From the NCBI GenBank assembly GCA_963712275.1, contig CAVQHD010000001.1, forward strand, positions 1,088,001 through 1,152,000: a stretch of DNA of 64,000 nt, read 5' to 3'. A program made the position numbers and the translations under genes. Source of the DNA: an uncultured Rhabdochlamydiaceae bacterium. Its GTDB lineage: Bacteria; Chlamydiota; Chlamydiia; Chlamydiales; Rhabdochlamydiaceae. The number at the start of each line of letters is the position of its first letter. The first letter of the stretch is position 1. The notes under the pieces are model-generated. The model was not told the origin of the DNA, searched no databases, and saw nothing but the letters and a program-made list of their open reading frames with translations. Of this stretch, positions 49,487-59,309 are shown piece after piece.

Positions 49487-50073
49487 CAAAAACGGAACTA
49501 CGATTCCAGCAGTACCGTTTAGGCCAGCTGCAGAAATACCTTCCTACCTTGCAGCTGAAGAAAATGCTTTTGCAGCTAGAAGTCAACCAAGCAGAGCAGG
49601 CAATTGAGCAGCTTCGGCAAGAGTACAGCAGTCAGAAAAAAACGATTAATACCTATGTTGCGCTCCTGGCAGATAGAGGCGCTATCGACCTTTTTCCAGC
49701 GGTTAAAATCATCGAAGTCCGCTCTCAGATTGAAAATATCGCTGGGATTGATCTCCCTATCTATGAACAGGTAATTTTTCAAGAGGCGGCTCATTTTCTT
49801 TTTGATGCCCCTGTCTGGCTCGATTCTGCAATTGAAGGGCTTCGGAAGCTTCTCATTGTGCGAGAAAAAATTCATATTTCTGAAAAGAGGAAAGCAGCTC
49901 TTGAAAAAGAACTTCGAGAAGTCTCCATTCGAGTTAATTTATTCGAGAAAGTTTTAATCCCAAAAACTCAAGAAAACATTCGCAAGATAAAAATTTTTTT
50001 AGGAGATCAACAGCTAGCTGCTGTGTGTCAAGCAAAGGTTGCTAAGCAAAAAATTATCTCAGGGGCAGCATGA
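49474..50073 (+). CDS. atpD: V-type ATP synthase subunit D
   Basis: YLPTLQLKK and [11 protein letters not shown] motifs. Confidence 0.95.
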   Translation: MAKLTKTELRFQQYRLGQLQKYLPTLQLKKMLLQLEVNQAEQAIEQLRQEYSSQKKTINTYVALLADRGAIDLFPAVKIIEVRSQIENIAGIDLPIYEQVIFQEAAHFLFDAPVWLDSAIEGLRKLLIVREKIHISEKRKAALEKELREVSIRVNLFEKVLIPKTQENIRKIKIFLGDQQLAAVCQAKVAKQKIISGAA

Positions 50074-51986
50074 TTAGAAATATGGTCAAGTATCTCATCC
50101 TAGGGACAAAAGAAGCTACCGATCATTTTTTTGCTTTAGCGCAAGAGCAAGGTTTTTTAGAATTTATCACGATTTCCCAAAAAAAATCCGCTGAAACGCC
50201 TGCCACGATTCAAAACTTGCTTCGAGCGATCAAAATCCTTAAAAAACAACCCCTCGTTGAACCTTATCGCGCAGTAGGCGACCTTGTTCTTGCGATACAA
50301 CTTGCTGAAAGAGTTGTTGAATTGAAAGAATCTCTTGAGAAGCTGCAGGAGGAAAAAAGGTTGCTTGAGGCTGAAAAGGTGCGTGTTGCACCCTTTGGCT
50401 ATTTTTCAATGGATGAGATCGCTGAAATTGAAAAAAGAGGAAAACGAAAAATCCAATTTTTCTGCCGCAGGGCATCACAAGAACCCGTTTTAGAAGAGCT
50501 GATTTATATCGGGACAGAATACGATCTTGATTATTTTATCTCGATTAGTAAAGAACTCATCGCTCCTCAAGAAATGATCGAGATGCGTATTGACGCTCCC
50601 TTCAATGAAATCCAGAATCGACTCGATTTTGTCGTGGATGCCATTGATCGATTTGAACATGACCTCAAGCAGCAAGCCACGTATCTCCGATTTTTTCAAG
50701 ATATTTTAATCGAAGAGCTCAACGACTACCATCTTCAGGCCGCTAAAAAAGAAGTCTCTTATCCTCTTGAAAATTCCCTCTTTTTTATCCAAGTATGGCT
50801 TCCGGAAAATAAGGTCTCAAATCTCTATGGGTTGATCGATGGGATGCAGATTCATGCAGAGCCGGTTGCTTTAGATCCTGACGATCGGATCCCGACATGC
50901 CTTGACAATCGTGGCACCGATTTAATTGGGGAAGACCTCATCAAAATCTACGATATTCCAGCGACAACAGATCGAGATCCTTCTCGATGGGTCCTCTGGT
51001 TTTTTGCTCTTTTTTTTGCAGTCATTGTCGGAGACGGAGGGTATGGAATGTTATTTCTTGCCCTTGCTTTCTATCTTAAAAAGAAATTTCCCCACCTTCA
51101 AGGGCAATACAAGCGACTCCTTCGACTTTTTGCCATTTTGTCAGGGGTCTGCGTTGTTTGGGGGGTCGCTACCTCTTCCTATTTTGGCCTCAAGCTTTCC
51201 CCAGGCAGCCCGCTGGCCAAAATCTCTCCGCTTCATGCCCTTATCGTGCGCAAAGCTGATTACCATCGTGCGGCGCATGATGAAGTCTATCAATTGTGGC
51301 GTGAAAAATTTCCGGCGATTGAAAAAGCCACTTCTGGAGAAGAGATGCTCCAAAGTGCATTTGTGCAGAAAAAGAAAGTCATTTCTTACCCTATTGTAGA
51401 TGAGTTTACAGGAAATATCATCTTGGAATTCACCCTCATTTTAGGAATCATTCACATCAGCCTGTCCTTTCTTCGATACCTACCGAGGCATATTGCGGGC
51501 CTTGGCTGGGTCGTTTTTATGATCGGAGGGTATCTCTTTTTCCCATCGATGCTAAATGCAACTACAATCCCCGAATTTATGGGATGGATTTCCAAATCCA
51601 TTGCTTCAGCTTTTGGTCTTCAATGCCTGTTTGGCGGACTTGGGTTTGCCCTTTTTGCCGCTGTGATCCAACACCGTCTGAAGGGACTTGGTGAAATTGC
51701 CAATATGGTGCAGGTCTTTTCCGACGTCCTCTCCTACCTGCGTCTTTATGCGCTGGGCCTGGCCGGATCCATCATGGCTAGCACCTTTAATCAAGAGGGG
51801 TCAGCCCTCGGTTTATTTGTCGGCTTTGTCGTTATCCTTGCAGGGCATGGAATTAATATGTTGCTAAGCCTTATGGGGGGAGTTATCCACGGGCTTCGTC
51901 TTAATTTCCTCGAGTGGTATCATTACTCCTTTACCGGTGGGGGCAAGCTGTTTCAACCTCTACACAAATTAAGGGCCCGGCAATGA
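50070..51986 (+). CDS. atpI: V-type ATP synthase subunit I (last residues and stop come from the inserted element)
   Basis: GDGGYG, SDVLSYLRLYAL and HGLRLNFLEW motifs. Confidence 0.97.
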   Translation: MIRNMVKYLILGTKEATDHFFALAQEQGFLEFITISQKKSAETPATIQNLLRAIKILKKQPLVEPYRAVGDLVLAIQLAERVVELKESLEKLQEEKRLLEAEKVRVAPFGYFSMDEIAEIEKRGKRKIQFFCRRASQEPVLEELIYIGTEYDLDYFISISKELIAPQEMIEMRIDAPFNEIQNRLDFVVDAIDRFEHDLKQQATYLRFFQDILIEELNDYHLQAAKKEVSYPLENSLFFIQVWLPENKVSNLYGLIDGMQIHAEPVALDPDDRIPTCLDNRGTDLIGEDLIKIYDIPATTDRDPSRWVLWFFALFFAVIVGDGGYGMLFLALAFYLKKKFPHLQGQYKRLLRLFAILSGVCVVWGVATSSYFGLKLSPGSPLAKISPLHALIVRKADYHRAAHDEVYQLWREKFPAIEKATSGEEMLQSAFVQKKKVISYPIVDEFTGNIILEFTLILGIIHISLSFLRYLPRHIAGLGWVVFMIGGYLFFPSMLNATTIPEFMGWISKSIASAFGLQCLFGGLGFALFAAVIQHRLKGLGEIANMVQVFSDVLSYLRLYALGLAGSIMASTFNQEGSALGLFVGFVVILAGHGINMLLSLMGGVIHGLRLNFLEWYHYSFTGGGKLFQPLHKLRARQ

Positions 51987-52136
51987 ATAACTTTCTCATC
52001 TTAAACCGCGCGAAAGCTCTCGCGATTGAGTTGTCGGAGAGGGGGGAAGTATCGATGAATACACCCCCCCTCTCCGACAACTCAATCCCGGGGCTTTGGC
52101 GCGGTTTAAGATGGGAAGTTATTCATTGCCGGGCCC
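51973..52136. mobile_element. Palindromic MITE-like element family P4, TAA target duplication
   Basis: TIR GGGCCCGGCAATGAATAACTT/AAGTTATTCATTGCCGGGCCC with TAA on both sides; inner stem GATTGAGTTGTCGGAGAGGGGGG and complement. Confidence 0.88.
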
Positions 52137-52168
52137 TAAAGCTTAAAAAAGAATCATAGGAGAAGATT

Positions 52169-52594
52169 ATGAATTATGACATGATAGGACCTGCCCTTGT
52201 TCTCGGGCTTGGTTGTATTGGAAGTTCAATTGGATGTGGAATCGGAGGAATGGCATCTCATGCTGTGATGAGCCGTGTCGAGACGAACCATGGACCCTTC
52301 ATTGGAATGTCTGCGATGGCAGCTTCTCAGTCGATTTACGGATTTGTTCTCATGCTCTTAATGAGAGATAGTATTCGAGCAGGGACGCTTTCTGCTCTCT
52401 CCAGTATTGGAATCGGCCTTTCTGTGGGACTTGCGCTCCTTTTTTCGTCAGTCTATCAAGGAATGTGCGCCGCATCTGGCATTCAGGCCTCTGCCAAGCA
52501 ACCTGCCATCATTGGAAAGTGTTTTGCAGCACTTGGAATCGTAGAGTCATTTTCTCTCTTTGCGTTTGTCTTTGCTCTTCTCCTGATTTACTAG
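52169..52594 (+). CDS. atpK: V-type ATP synthase subunit K (proteolipid)
   Basis: Four TM helices; SQSIYG, YQG and GIVESF motifs. Confidence 0.95.
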   Translation: MNYDMIGPALVLGLGCIGSSIGCGIGGMASHAVMSRVETNHGPFIGMSAMAASQSIYGFVLMLLMRDSIRAGTLSALSSIGIGLSVGLALLFSSVYQGMCAASGIQASAKQPAIIGKCFAALGIVESFSLFAFVFALLLIY

Positions 52595-52667
52595 AGCAAT
52601 CTCTAAGACAGCTTCTAAGTATTTGTATCTACAAAACAATAGGATTCGGTATAAAGTTTAATATAAA

Positions 52668-52719
52668 GAAGGAATTGCAAACTTGCTTTGGAAGCCAAAT
52701 TGGAGTTTGCAATTCCCTC
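52668..52719. repeat. Internally deleted derivative of element P3
   Basis: GAAGGAATTGCAAACTTGCTTTGGAAGCCAAATTGGAGTTTGCAATTCCCTC resembles both ends of the reverse complement of 20604-20770, joined at CCAAAT. Confidence 0.7.
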
Positions 52720-52740
52720 TAGAGCTTGGAGAGAAATTGC

Positions 52741-54177
52741 GTGTATACTTTTGAGTTGTCGGCGATGGTGATTTATTTCATGATTTTGCTGGCCATTGGT
52801 TATTTTTCATATCGAAAAATTGCATCAGATACAGATTTTATCCTTGGAAGCCGGTCATTGAACTATTGGCTCACAGCGCTCGCAGCTCATGCCAGCGACA
52901 TGAGCAGCTGGCTTTTTTTAGCCTATCCTGCCACCGTTTTTTCCCAAGGGCTGCTTGGGGTTTGGGTTGCAATTGGACTCGCCATTTGCATGTACCTCAA
53001 TTGGCAGTGGATTGCTCCAAAAATCCGCGTGGCAACAGAGCAGTTTAACAGCTTAACGTTTTCTTCCTTTTTTGAAAGCCGTCTTGGAGATACCTCAGGC
53101 TTAATTCGGTTGTTCTCTGCGCTGATCTTGATTGTCTTTTACACCATTTATATCTCGGCTGGTTTAACAGGACTTGGAGATCTTCTCATGTCTCTTTTTA
53201 ACATGAATTACGGAGTGGCAATTATCCTGGGGATTTTAGTGGTGATTCCCTATGTTTTCACAGGGGGGTATGTGACACTGGCGTGGATCGATTTATTTCA
53301 AGGGTGCTTTTTACTCCTCGTTATCTTGTTTGTCCCTTTCTATTTACTTGGAGGAGTGGGTGGATTTCCTGGAATTTCTCATAGCATGGATATACACCAT
53401 CTGTCGAAATCATTTTTCCCCGATTTTTCTGGGGCGACATGGATTTCGATCATTTCGATGACGCTGGGATGGGGTCTTGGATATTTTGGGCAGCCTCATA
53501 TTGTGACAAAATTCATGGGGATTCGCAACGTCTCTGAAATTTCGAGATCAAAGTGGATTGGGATGAGTTGGATGACTCTTTCTTTAGGGGCTGCAACGCT
53601 TGTAGGGCTTGTGGGCATCCCTTTTTTTGATGCAAAGCTCGCTGATCCAGAACAAATCTTTATTAAGATGGTACAAGCCTCCTTTCATCCTTTTGTTGTT
53701 GGATTCGTGCTTTGTGCTGTTCTTGCAGCTACAATTAATGCGATGAGCTCTCAGGTGCTCGTTTTAAGTTCCAGCTTAACCGAAGATTTTTATAAAAGAT
53801 TTTTCCGTCCAAAGGCCTCTTCAAAAGAGCTTTTATTTGTCTCAAGGAGTGGAGTCATTGTCGCTGGACTTGTCGCTTTCTTGATTGCCTACCAAAAAAC
53901 CAGTACGATTTACGACCTCGTTGAATATGCTTGGTCAGGAATTGGGTCTTCCTTTGGGCCTCTTGTGATCCTTGCGCTCTACTCGGAAAAAGTGAATAAA
54001 TTTGGCGCTTGGGCGGGAATTGTAGGAGGAGGAGTAATTGCTGCCTTTTGGCCGCTTGTTAACAAATTCCTTCCACACCCTATCTCTCCTATGCTGCCAG
54101 GCTTTTTTTTAGGACTTCTTTTGATTGTGCTAGTCTCAGATTTAACAAGGCAAAAACATCAACCTAGAGTAAGATAA
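52741..54177 (+). CDS. putP: Sodium/proline symporter (SSS family)
   Basis: ASDMSSWL, GWGLGYFGQPHI and YAWSGIGSSFGP motifs; GTG start after GGAGAG. Confidence 0.93.
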   Translation: MYTFELSAMVIYFMILLAIGYFSYRKIASDTDFILGSRSLNYWLTALAAHASDMSSWLFLAYPATVFSQGLLGVWVAIGLAICMYLNWQWIAPKIRVATEQFNSLTFSSFFESRLGDTSGLIRLFSALILIVFYTIYISAGLTGLGDLLMSLFNMNYGVAIILGILVVIPYVFTGGYVTLAWIDLFQGCFLLLVILFVPFYLLGGVGGFPGISHSMDIHHLSKSFFPDFSGATWISIISMTLGWGLGYFGQPHIVTKFMGIRNVSEISRSKWIGMSWMTLSLGAATLVGLVGIPFFDAKLADPEQIFIKMVQASFHPFVVGFVLCAVLAATINAMSSQVLVLSSSLTEDFYKRFFRPKASSKELLFVSRSGVIVAGLVAFLIAYQKTSTIYDLVEYAWSGIGSSFGPLVILALYSEKVNKFGAWAGIVGGGVIAAFWPLVNKFLPHPISPMLPGFFLGLLLIVLVSDLTRQKHQPRVR

Positions 54178-55010
54178 TGAGTATGAACAAAAGACCCAAC
54201 ATCTTACTTACAAATGACGACGGCATTCATGCTCCAGGGATTCGTGCCTTATGGGAAGCAATTGCGCACGATGCAGATGTCATGATTGTGGCCCCCTCCG
54301 ACGATGCCTCAGGCTCTGGGGTTGGCATCACTCTCAAAAACCCTTTACGTAAAGAGGCTGTTAACTGGCCTCCAAAAGCACTTCAAGAGACCCAACAAGA
54401 GACAGGAGAGGCAAGAGCATGGAAAGTCAGCGGCAAGCCGGCAGACTGCGTGAAATTAGGATTAAAAGCTTTTCTGCCAGAAAAGCCCGATCTTATTTTA
54501 TCGGGAATCAATCGAGGCTCCAACTCTGGTAGAACAATCTTTTATAGTGGCACAGTCGGTGGTGTTATTGAAGGAGCCTTAAGACAAGTTCCTGGGATTG
54601 CCTTTTCATGTGAAGATGATGTAGAGCCCGATTATCTTGCTCTAAAGCCCTACCTCCTTCCCATCATCGAGCATACACTTAGACACCCGCTCCCTTCAGG
54701 AACAATTTTAAATGTTAATTTTCCTTACGCTTCTAAGCCCATTCAGGGGATCAAACTTGCCCGGCAAGGCCGAGGATTTATGAATGATAATCTAGACCAG
54801 CGGCTTCATCCGACAGACGGAACCCATTATTTTTGGCTCGGAGGAAAATGGGAGCATTATGAAGAGCCTCATGATAGTGACGTTACTCTCTTAACCCAAG
54901 GATATATCACTGCTGTTCCTATTCATATCGAGGAGCTGACTCACCACTCCCATCTCAAGGAACATCGAACAGCATTTGAAAGCTCCCTTAACCATCTTTT
55001 TAAGAAGTAA
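54177..55010 (+). CDS. surE: 5'/3'-nucleotidase SurE
   Basis: ILLTNDDGIHAPG, SGINRGSN and YSGTVG motifs. Confidence 0.96.
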   Translation: MSMNKRPNILLTNDDGIHAPGIRALWEAIAHDADVMIVAPSDDASGSGVGITLKNPLRKEAVNWPPKALQETQQETGEARAWKVSGKPADCVKLGLKAFLPEKPDLILSGINRGSNSGRTIFYSGTVGGVIEGALRQVPGIAFSCEDDVEPDYLALKPYLLPIIEHTLRHPLPSGTILNVNFPYASKPIQGIKLARQGRGFMNDNLDQRLHPTDGTHYFWLGGKWEHYEEPHDSDVTLLTQGYITAVPIHIEELTHHSHLKEHRTAFESSLNHLFKK

Positions 55011-55022
55011 AAGGAGATTCCC

Positions 55023-56477
55023 ATGAAACTGATTGCAATACTTGCTGCATCTCTTCTGCTTGCCTCTGCTCCCATACCGAAAGAGCCAACCTCTGCAGCC
55101 TGTTGTGGAATGGACGGCAATTCTTGCTGTCTTTGCAGTGCTAAAAGCTTTTCAAAGATTTTCTCCGCCGTTGCTAAAAAGGCAACGCCTGCTGCTGTCT
55201 TCATTCGAGTTGAAATCAACCCTGCCGATAATGAAAATTTTGGATATTCAGACCCTTATGCAAATCCGTTTGGAGATGAGTTTTTCAACAGATTTTTTGG
55301 ACTTCAGCCGGGGCGTCCTTCGCAACCGCAGCCGCAGGTTGGACAGGGGTCGGGGTTTCTTGTTGCTGCAGATGGTTATATTATGACTAATAACCATGTG
55401 ATTCGGGGAGCGGATAAAATTGAAGTGACGTTAAATGACGGTCAGGTACGGTCGGCAACACTTGTTGGAACCGATCCTAGAACAGATCTTGCCATCATCA
55501 AAATTGAAAAAATCGATAATCAAGATTACCCTTATCTTGAGCTGGGCAATTCCGAAAATTTAGAGGTAGCAGAGTGGGTAATTGCCATTGGAAGCCCTTT
55601 TCAACTGCAGGCTTCTGTCACGGTGGGTGTTGTCAGCGCGAAAGGAAGGCAAGGGCTTAAGATTTCCGATCAGGAAGATTTTATCCAAACCGACGCAGCG
55701 ATCAATCCTGGAAACTCTGGAGGGCCTCTTCTTAACCTGGATGGAGAGGTGATTGGAATTAATACGGCGATTGCTTCTCGGAGTGGTGGCTATATGGGAA
55801 TTGGATTTGCCATCCCTAGTAACATGGCCCGTTATGTCATGAATCAACTCATTCAAAAAGGGAGTGTCACTCGAGGGTTTTTGGGGATTACTTTTCAGCC
55901 GGTGGATAAAGAAATCGCTCTAGGGTTCAATCTTTCTAAGGCCGAGGGTATTTTAATCACCTCTGTTGAAGAAGGATCTCCTGCCGAGAAAGTCGGATTG
56001 AAACGGGGCGACATTATTTTAGAGCTCGATGGTAAGCCCATCAAATCTCCGGAAACATTCCGTATTCAAATTTCAATGATGGATCCTGGTAGAGAAACAA
56101 AGCTAAAAGTCTATCGAAAAGGAGAATCGTTCGATCTTTCGGTCAAATTGGGTTCTCTCTCGGAAGCATCGATGGCTCCCGCGGTTGTAACACAAAAATT
56201 GGGTGTTGAGGTTGAAAATTTAACAACAGAGCTTGCCCGTCAGTTAGGATATTCGCTTTCAGAAGAAGGGGTTATCATTACCAAAGTTAAACCGGGATCT
56301 CCTGCGGCTAAAGCAGGACTTCGCCCAGGCTACCTTGTACAAGCGGTTAACCATAAGAAGGTTTCAAATACAGAAGATTATGAAGAAGCCATCTCTGAGA
56401 CAGCTCAAAACAAAATAATTATTTTACTTGTCAAATATGGAAAAGTCACTCGCTTCTACTCAATCCGCATTGAGTGA
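55023..56477 (+). CDS. htrA: HtrA/DegP serine protease with two PDZ domains
   Basis: TNNHV, TDLA and DAAINPGNSGG catalytic motifs. Confidence 0.97.
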   Translation: MKLIAILAASLLLASAPIPKEPTSAACCGMDGNSCCLCSAKSFSKIFSAVAKKATPAAVFIRVEINPADNENFGYSDPYANPFGDEFFNRFFGLQPGRPSQPQPQVGQGSGFLVAADGYIMTNNHVIRGADKIEVTLNDGQVRSATLVGTDPRTDLAIIKIEKIDNQDYPYLELGNSENLEVAEWVIAIGSPFQLQASVTVGVVSAKGRQGLKISDQEDFIQTDAAINPGNSGGPLLNLDGEVIGINTAIASRSGGYMGIGFAIPSNMARYVMNQLIQKGSVTRGFLGITFQPVDKEIALGFNLSKAEGILITSVEEGSPAEKVGLKRGDIILELDGKPIKSPETFRIQISMMDPGRETKLKVYRKGESFDLSVKLGSLSEASMAPAVVTQKLGVEVENLTTELARQLGYSLSEEGVIITKVKPGSPAAKAGLRPGYLVQAVNHKKVSNTEDYEEAISETAQNKIIILLVKYGKVTRFYSIRIE

Positions 56478-56496
56478 ATTCCTTTGAAAGAGGGCT

Positions 56497-56526
56497 TTAT
56501 ACTCCGATCTATAGATCGGAGTATAA
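56497..56526. repeat. Loopless 30-bp palindrome between htrA and the autotransporter
   Basis: TTATACTCCGATCTATAGATCGGAGTATAA is a perfect palindrome. Confidence 0.7.
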
Positions 56527-59309
56527 CTGCTCGCTTTGTAGGTTCGATAATTCAAATTAGAAGGAGACCCTGTGTCAAAGACATTAGCCCTATTTTTCTC
56601 TTCCTTGATCCCTTTTTCATTATTTAGTAATTCATACACAGTATCGAGTCCTGCTGATACAGGAGCTGGAACACTCCGTCAAGCCATTCTCGACTCAAAT
56701 ACCAACGGAGGATCAAATACCATTAATATTAATTCTGGCCTAGGAACCATTACACTTGCCAGCTCACTACCCATTATTACGAATCAGGCCACCATCGTCG
56801 GCCCTGCGACGCCTCAAGTGCTTAATGCCAATGGCTATCGCGCCTTTTTCTTTTACAGTCCCTTTTTAACTCTAACTCCAATCAGTATCAGCAATGTTAC
56901 TATCCAACAGGGCAATGTAACGGGAGGCTCTGGAGCAAATTCTGCTCTCGTAGGAGCTGGGGGAGGGGGAGGCGCTGGATTAGGAGGCGCTGTATTTGTT
57001 CCCCCAGGAGCGACAGCAACGCTTCAAAATATAACTTTCACCTCTAATACCGCAGTTGGCGGATCTGGCGGTACTGGCCAAGCTTCTCTTCTTGGTAATG
57101 CTGGAGGAGGAGGAGGAGGCCTTTTTGGAAATGGAGGAACAGGTGGAATATCTTACCCGATATCGGTTCATGGTGGAGGAGGGGGATTGCAAGGTAACGG
57201 AGGAAATGCGACAGCAAGTGAGGTTGAGGAAGTCAATCAAGGCGGAGGGGGAGGAGGGTTCACTGGAAATGGGGCTGATCGTTCAGCAGGAGGCACCGGA
57301 GGTGCACCGAATGGAGGAGCAGGGGCGTTCAATGGCGCTAATGGAGGGCCTGGAGGAGGAGGAGGAGGTTTTTTCTCTGCATCCCCTCCCCCAACAAATA
57401 AAGGAACTGGAGGAAGTGGAGGAGATGGAGGCGGCGGCGGAGGTGGTTATGGTTTTCAGAATGAGGATGGTGTCCTTACAGGGAGATCTCCTTCGTCTAA
57501 TGGAGGATTTGGAGGAGGCGGAGGTGGTATCTTGACCGGCACGCCTGACGGGGTTGTTGGGCAAGGAGGCTTTGGAGGTGGTGGCGGAGGTCGTGGACAG
57601 GACCTTCCTGACATAGGAAATACAATTTCAGGTGGTTTTGGAGGTGGAGGAGGGGGAGGAGACCCCAACGCTTCTACTCGCCTTGGAGGGTTTGGAGGAG
57701 GTAATTCAACAGATTATGGAGCAGGTGGAGGCGCTGGCTTGGGCGGAGCGCTCTTTATTCCTAACACCTCTTCTGTATTGCTTGTAGATCCGAGCTTTAG
57801 CAGCAATTCTGCGATAGGAGGGGTGGGAGGCTCGCCAGGCGGAAATAATGGCTCAGGTATTGGCCAAGATATTTTCTTGATGTCAGGGGGGACTTTGGAG
57901 TTTAATCTTTCAGCAGCGCTCATTTTTCCATCACCGATTGAAAGCGATCAAGGTGCAGGCGGGGGAACCGGCGGCGGGCTCATTAAATCGGGAGCAGGCC
58001 TTCTGGATTTTTCTACAAACAATCTTGCAAATACATACACAGGCGGAACAACCATTAACAACGGCACTTTGAAAATAGCAAGTGATGGCAACCTAGGGGA
58101 CTCTAGCGGGCCTGTGACTTTAGGAAATGGAACGTTGGAAATCACTACGAATAGTTTTACCATCAGCAGAACAACCACGCTCACGGGAAATGCAACCATT
58201 ACAGTTGATACAGGAGTCACAACGACTTGGGCAAGTGGAATCACGGGTACAGGCACATTCACAACACAAGGACAAGGAACACTGATTTTAACCGGATCAA
58301 ATTCCTACTTAGGAGCAACAACCGTTTCATCGGGAGCTCTTCAAGCGGGGGCTATAAATACATTTTCACCTCAATCTTCTAGTTTTACAGTGAACACCTT
58401 TCTTAATTTGAATAGCTTTAATCAATCGATTACTCAATTATTAGGATCTGGAACTGTCGCTTTGGGGAGTGCCACTTTAACGATAGGAAGCGACAACAGT
58501 TCGCCCACTTTTTTAGGGATGATCAGCGGAAACGGAGGGTTAACAAAGGTCGGCACAGGGGTCTTCACTTTATCTGGATTATCTGGAAACAACGCCTATG
58601 GTGGAGCAACAATCGTCTCTGGCGGCACCTTGCGAGCCGGAGTAGCGAACATCTTTTCCCCCAATTCTGCGTTCACAGTCAATACGACTTTAGATCTCAA
58701 TGGTCTTGATCAAACGATCGCCGGCTTATCTGGAGCTGGCACGGTGACTTTGGAAACCGGTACACTCTCAGTAGGAAATAGCGGCAACCCCTCTACGTTT
58801 CAAGGAATGATCCAAGGAACAACCGGAGGATTAACAAAAGAGGGCTCAGGAACGTTCACTCTAGCTGGCACCAGTGCCTATTCAGGAGCAACGACTGTTT
58901 CTGACGGAACCCTGCAAGCGGGAGCGACGAACGCCTTTTCCCCTAATTCTGCGTTCACAGTCAACGCTGCTCTTAGTCTCAATGGTTTGAATCAATCCAT
59001 CGCGAATCTAAATGGGTCTGGCATGGTCCTTTTGGGAGCTGGGACCTTAACCTTCGGAAGCGATAACAATCCCTCCGCCTTTTCAGGGATGATCAACGGA
59101 TCCGGGGGTTTGACCAAGGTCGGAACAGGGGTTTTCACTTTAAGCGGTCTTAGTAATATGTATAGCGGAGCCACAATTGTTGCTGCTGGGACGTTTCAAG
59201 CTGGAGCCATAAATACCTTTTCTCTACTTTCTCCGATTGCAGTCGGTGGCACTTTAGACCTCAATAGTTTGAATCAATCGATTGCTAACTTAACTGGAGC
59301 TGGCTTAGT

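Noticed and set aside
57056..57668. Glu-rich and Pro-rich ORFs within the autotransporter
   Set aside because: They are alternate-frame readings of GGA/GGC glycine codon runs.
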